Part shown: positions 62,159 through 64,000 of the stretch, piece by piece | Numbering within the stretch: position 1 is the stretch's first letter | Layout: the number at the start of each line of letters is the position of its first letter | Assembly (NCBI GenBank): GCA_964106645.2 | Contig: OZ067049.1 | DNA: 64,000 nt | Source of the DNA: Podarcis pityusensis | Lineage: Eukaryota | Reading direction: 5' to 3' (one strand) | Position numbers and translations under genes: made by a program | Notes under the pieces: generated by a model | The model's database searches: none | Seen by the model: the letters and a program-made list of their open reading frames with translations, nothing else | Told to the model about the DNA's origin: nothing

Positions 62159-62265
62159 TGCAATAGATTGCCCCATTGCTCAGTTTGCAATACGTGCCCC
62201 ATTGCTCAGTTTGTAATATATTGCCCCATTGCTCAGTTTGCAATACATGCCCCATTGCTCAATTT
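62159..62265. repeat. 26-27 bp minisatellite, about 4 copies
   Basis: Unit TGCCCCATTGCTCAGTTTGCAATAC. Confidence 0.9.
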
Positions 62266-62539
62266 CCTCTTGAGAGGATGACCTTAAATGCAATCAAGAA
62301 AAGGTGATTGGGAAGAAGAAAAATCAACAAGAAAATAAAATACTTCATGTGCAGCTTTATATTGTATAAATTCTGCAACCTAGTGAGTAGCATGTTACGA
62401 TGCATATGCAAAGTGGGAAGAGAACAATTCAGCAAAGGTTGTTTGAGCACCTGTAGAACAGAATGTTTGAATATGACTGAGAAATGGAAACTGGCATTCA
62501 GCTTCCATAAAATGATTCGGCGCTGGCTATCTGTTTTAG

Positions 62540-62716
62540 ATGAAAAAGAGAAATTTGAACCGACCGTCTTCCGGGATACAATTGTCCAAGGTCTCAATGA
62601 AGCTGGTGATGACCTGGAAGCTGTAGCCAAGTTTCTGGATGCTACAGGCTCAAGGCTAGATTATCGCCGCTATGCCGACACTCTGTTTGACATCTTGATA
62701 GCTGGCAGCATGCTAG
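62540..62716 (+). CDS. BZW2: BZW2 second coding exon; gene continues beyond window
   Basis: ttttag|AT...CTAG|gtatgt; [59 protein letters not shown]. Confidence 0.96.
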
Positions 62717-63126
62717 GTATGTATGTCACACTGAAAACTTTCAACGCTTTCAAAGCTGATCCTGGAAACATGCCCTCTTGGTTTTATCTGTCTGGCAGCT
62801 AATGTTCAACAACTGTGGCTCTCCCCTTGGTCTGGATCCTCCTCTTCCTCATTTTCAGTTATCTGTGTTTTGTTTTCATGTTTCTCTTACCTTTTTGGTA
62901 CAATTTGGAAAACTTTGTGGGCTGTGCCCAACTAAGTTCAACTCAAGTAGACCCACTGAAATTAATGGACCAAAGTTAGCCATGTGCATTCTTTTCAAAG
63001 GGTGGTCTTCAACTTAGTTTTATTCAGAGTACACCCATTGAAATTAATGAACATGGCTACATGGAGTCCATTCAGTACAATGGGTCTACTCTCAGTATAA
63101 CTAGCATTGGATGCAACCCTAAAAAT

Positions 63127-63363
63127 GAAGAAGAAGAAGAGTTTGGATTTGATATCCTGCTTTATCACTACCCGAAGGAGTCTCAAAATGGCTAACAATC
63201 TCCTTTCCCTTCCTCCCCCACAACAAACACTTTATGAGGTGAGTGGGGCTGAGAGACTTCAGAGAAGTGTGACTAGCCCAAGCTGCAGGTGGAGGAGCGG
63301 AGATGCGAACCCAGTTCCCCAGATTACGAGTCTACCGCTTTTAACCACTACACCACACTGGCT
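63127..63363 (-). mobile_element. Squam3-like SINE
   Basis: Same family as 34292 and 53652. Confidence 0.82.
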
Positions 63364-64000
63364 TGAAATAGTGTTGTTAAAGTTGTTGTAGAGCGTATCT
63401 AGAATAGCAATGCTGTTCTCTTTTACCTGAAACAAAATGGCAACAGGTTGGAGCCTAATGACTAGAGAAAGTTGATCAATATATGGGATTGTAAAGTCTA
63501 CACTGGACTCCTCCAGAGGACCTGTTTATTGAGCATTCATCCTGATTTGCTTGCAGAAAACTTAGGTGCACTGAAGCATTGCACAAAGCAGAATTGACTT
63601 CCCCTCACATCTGTCGATAGAAAGGGAGGCCAATCCTGCTAGGTTCAGGTGCTCAAGAGAGCTCACTCCAGGGAACTCTCTAGCACACCCAAACCCAAAC
63701 CGCTGCCAAAATTATCCTTTCCCCCTTTGCTTTAGCAGTGGTTTCAATGCAAATGCCTTTCTGAATCAGGAAGGAGCTTGCACTGAATATTGTCAAACTG
63801 AGCAGGCTTTAATACCACCCCCTTCAGTTTGGCTGCACTTTGAAGTCCCAAAGTTAGGACTCCTAACTTTGACATCATTTGTGCTTTCAGACGCTGGACA
63901 GGTGGGTGGCTCAGCTCACCAGTCAAATTTGGCTCCTGAGAGCCAAAAAGGTTCCCCATCTATATTGTTGTACAGTGCCATTGTCAATGGGTGGGGCAGA

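Noticed and set aside
62308-62802. 164-aa ORF as a single BZW2 exon with a novel N-terminus
   Set aside because: BZW2 similarity is confined to 62540-62716 between canonical AG and GT sites; the rest is open intron.

Overview
Vertebrate genomic DNA, most likely a lacertid lizard, judging from Sauria/Squam1-type SINEs, Squam3-like SINEs and squamate-type L1/L2/CR1/RTE elements. The window holds the conserved LRRC72-ANKMY2-BZW2 block. LRRC72 (+) has eight coding exons from 400 to the stop at 17704; its first exon lies outside the window. ANKMY2 (-) is complete, with 10 exons from ATG 40726 to stop 19702 (456 aa). BZW2/5MP1 (+) has a putative non-coding exon 1 near 41290-41398 and coding exons 61472-61529 and 62540-62716, and continues past the window. 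ANKMY2 and BZW2 share a divergent CpG-island promoter. Introns are rich in mobile elements, many with readable target-site duplications (TSDs). The most interesting observations are: (1) a 1.75-kb TA-flanked MITE in ANKMY2 intron 2 filled with a higher-order array of about 18 GC-rich hairpins, one with its core flipped; (2) a minimal hammerhead ribozyme motif in a Penelope-like insertion; (3) a young sense-oriented L1 with an intact 833-codon RT frame directly behind a host 3' splice-site-like sequence in BZW2 intron 1; (4) a candidate muscle-type alternative BZW2 promoter and exon; (5) the poor-context BZW2 AUG. Gene identities come from my recognition of the translated motifs and synteny. 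No database search was run.
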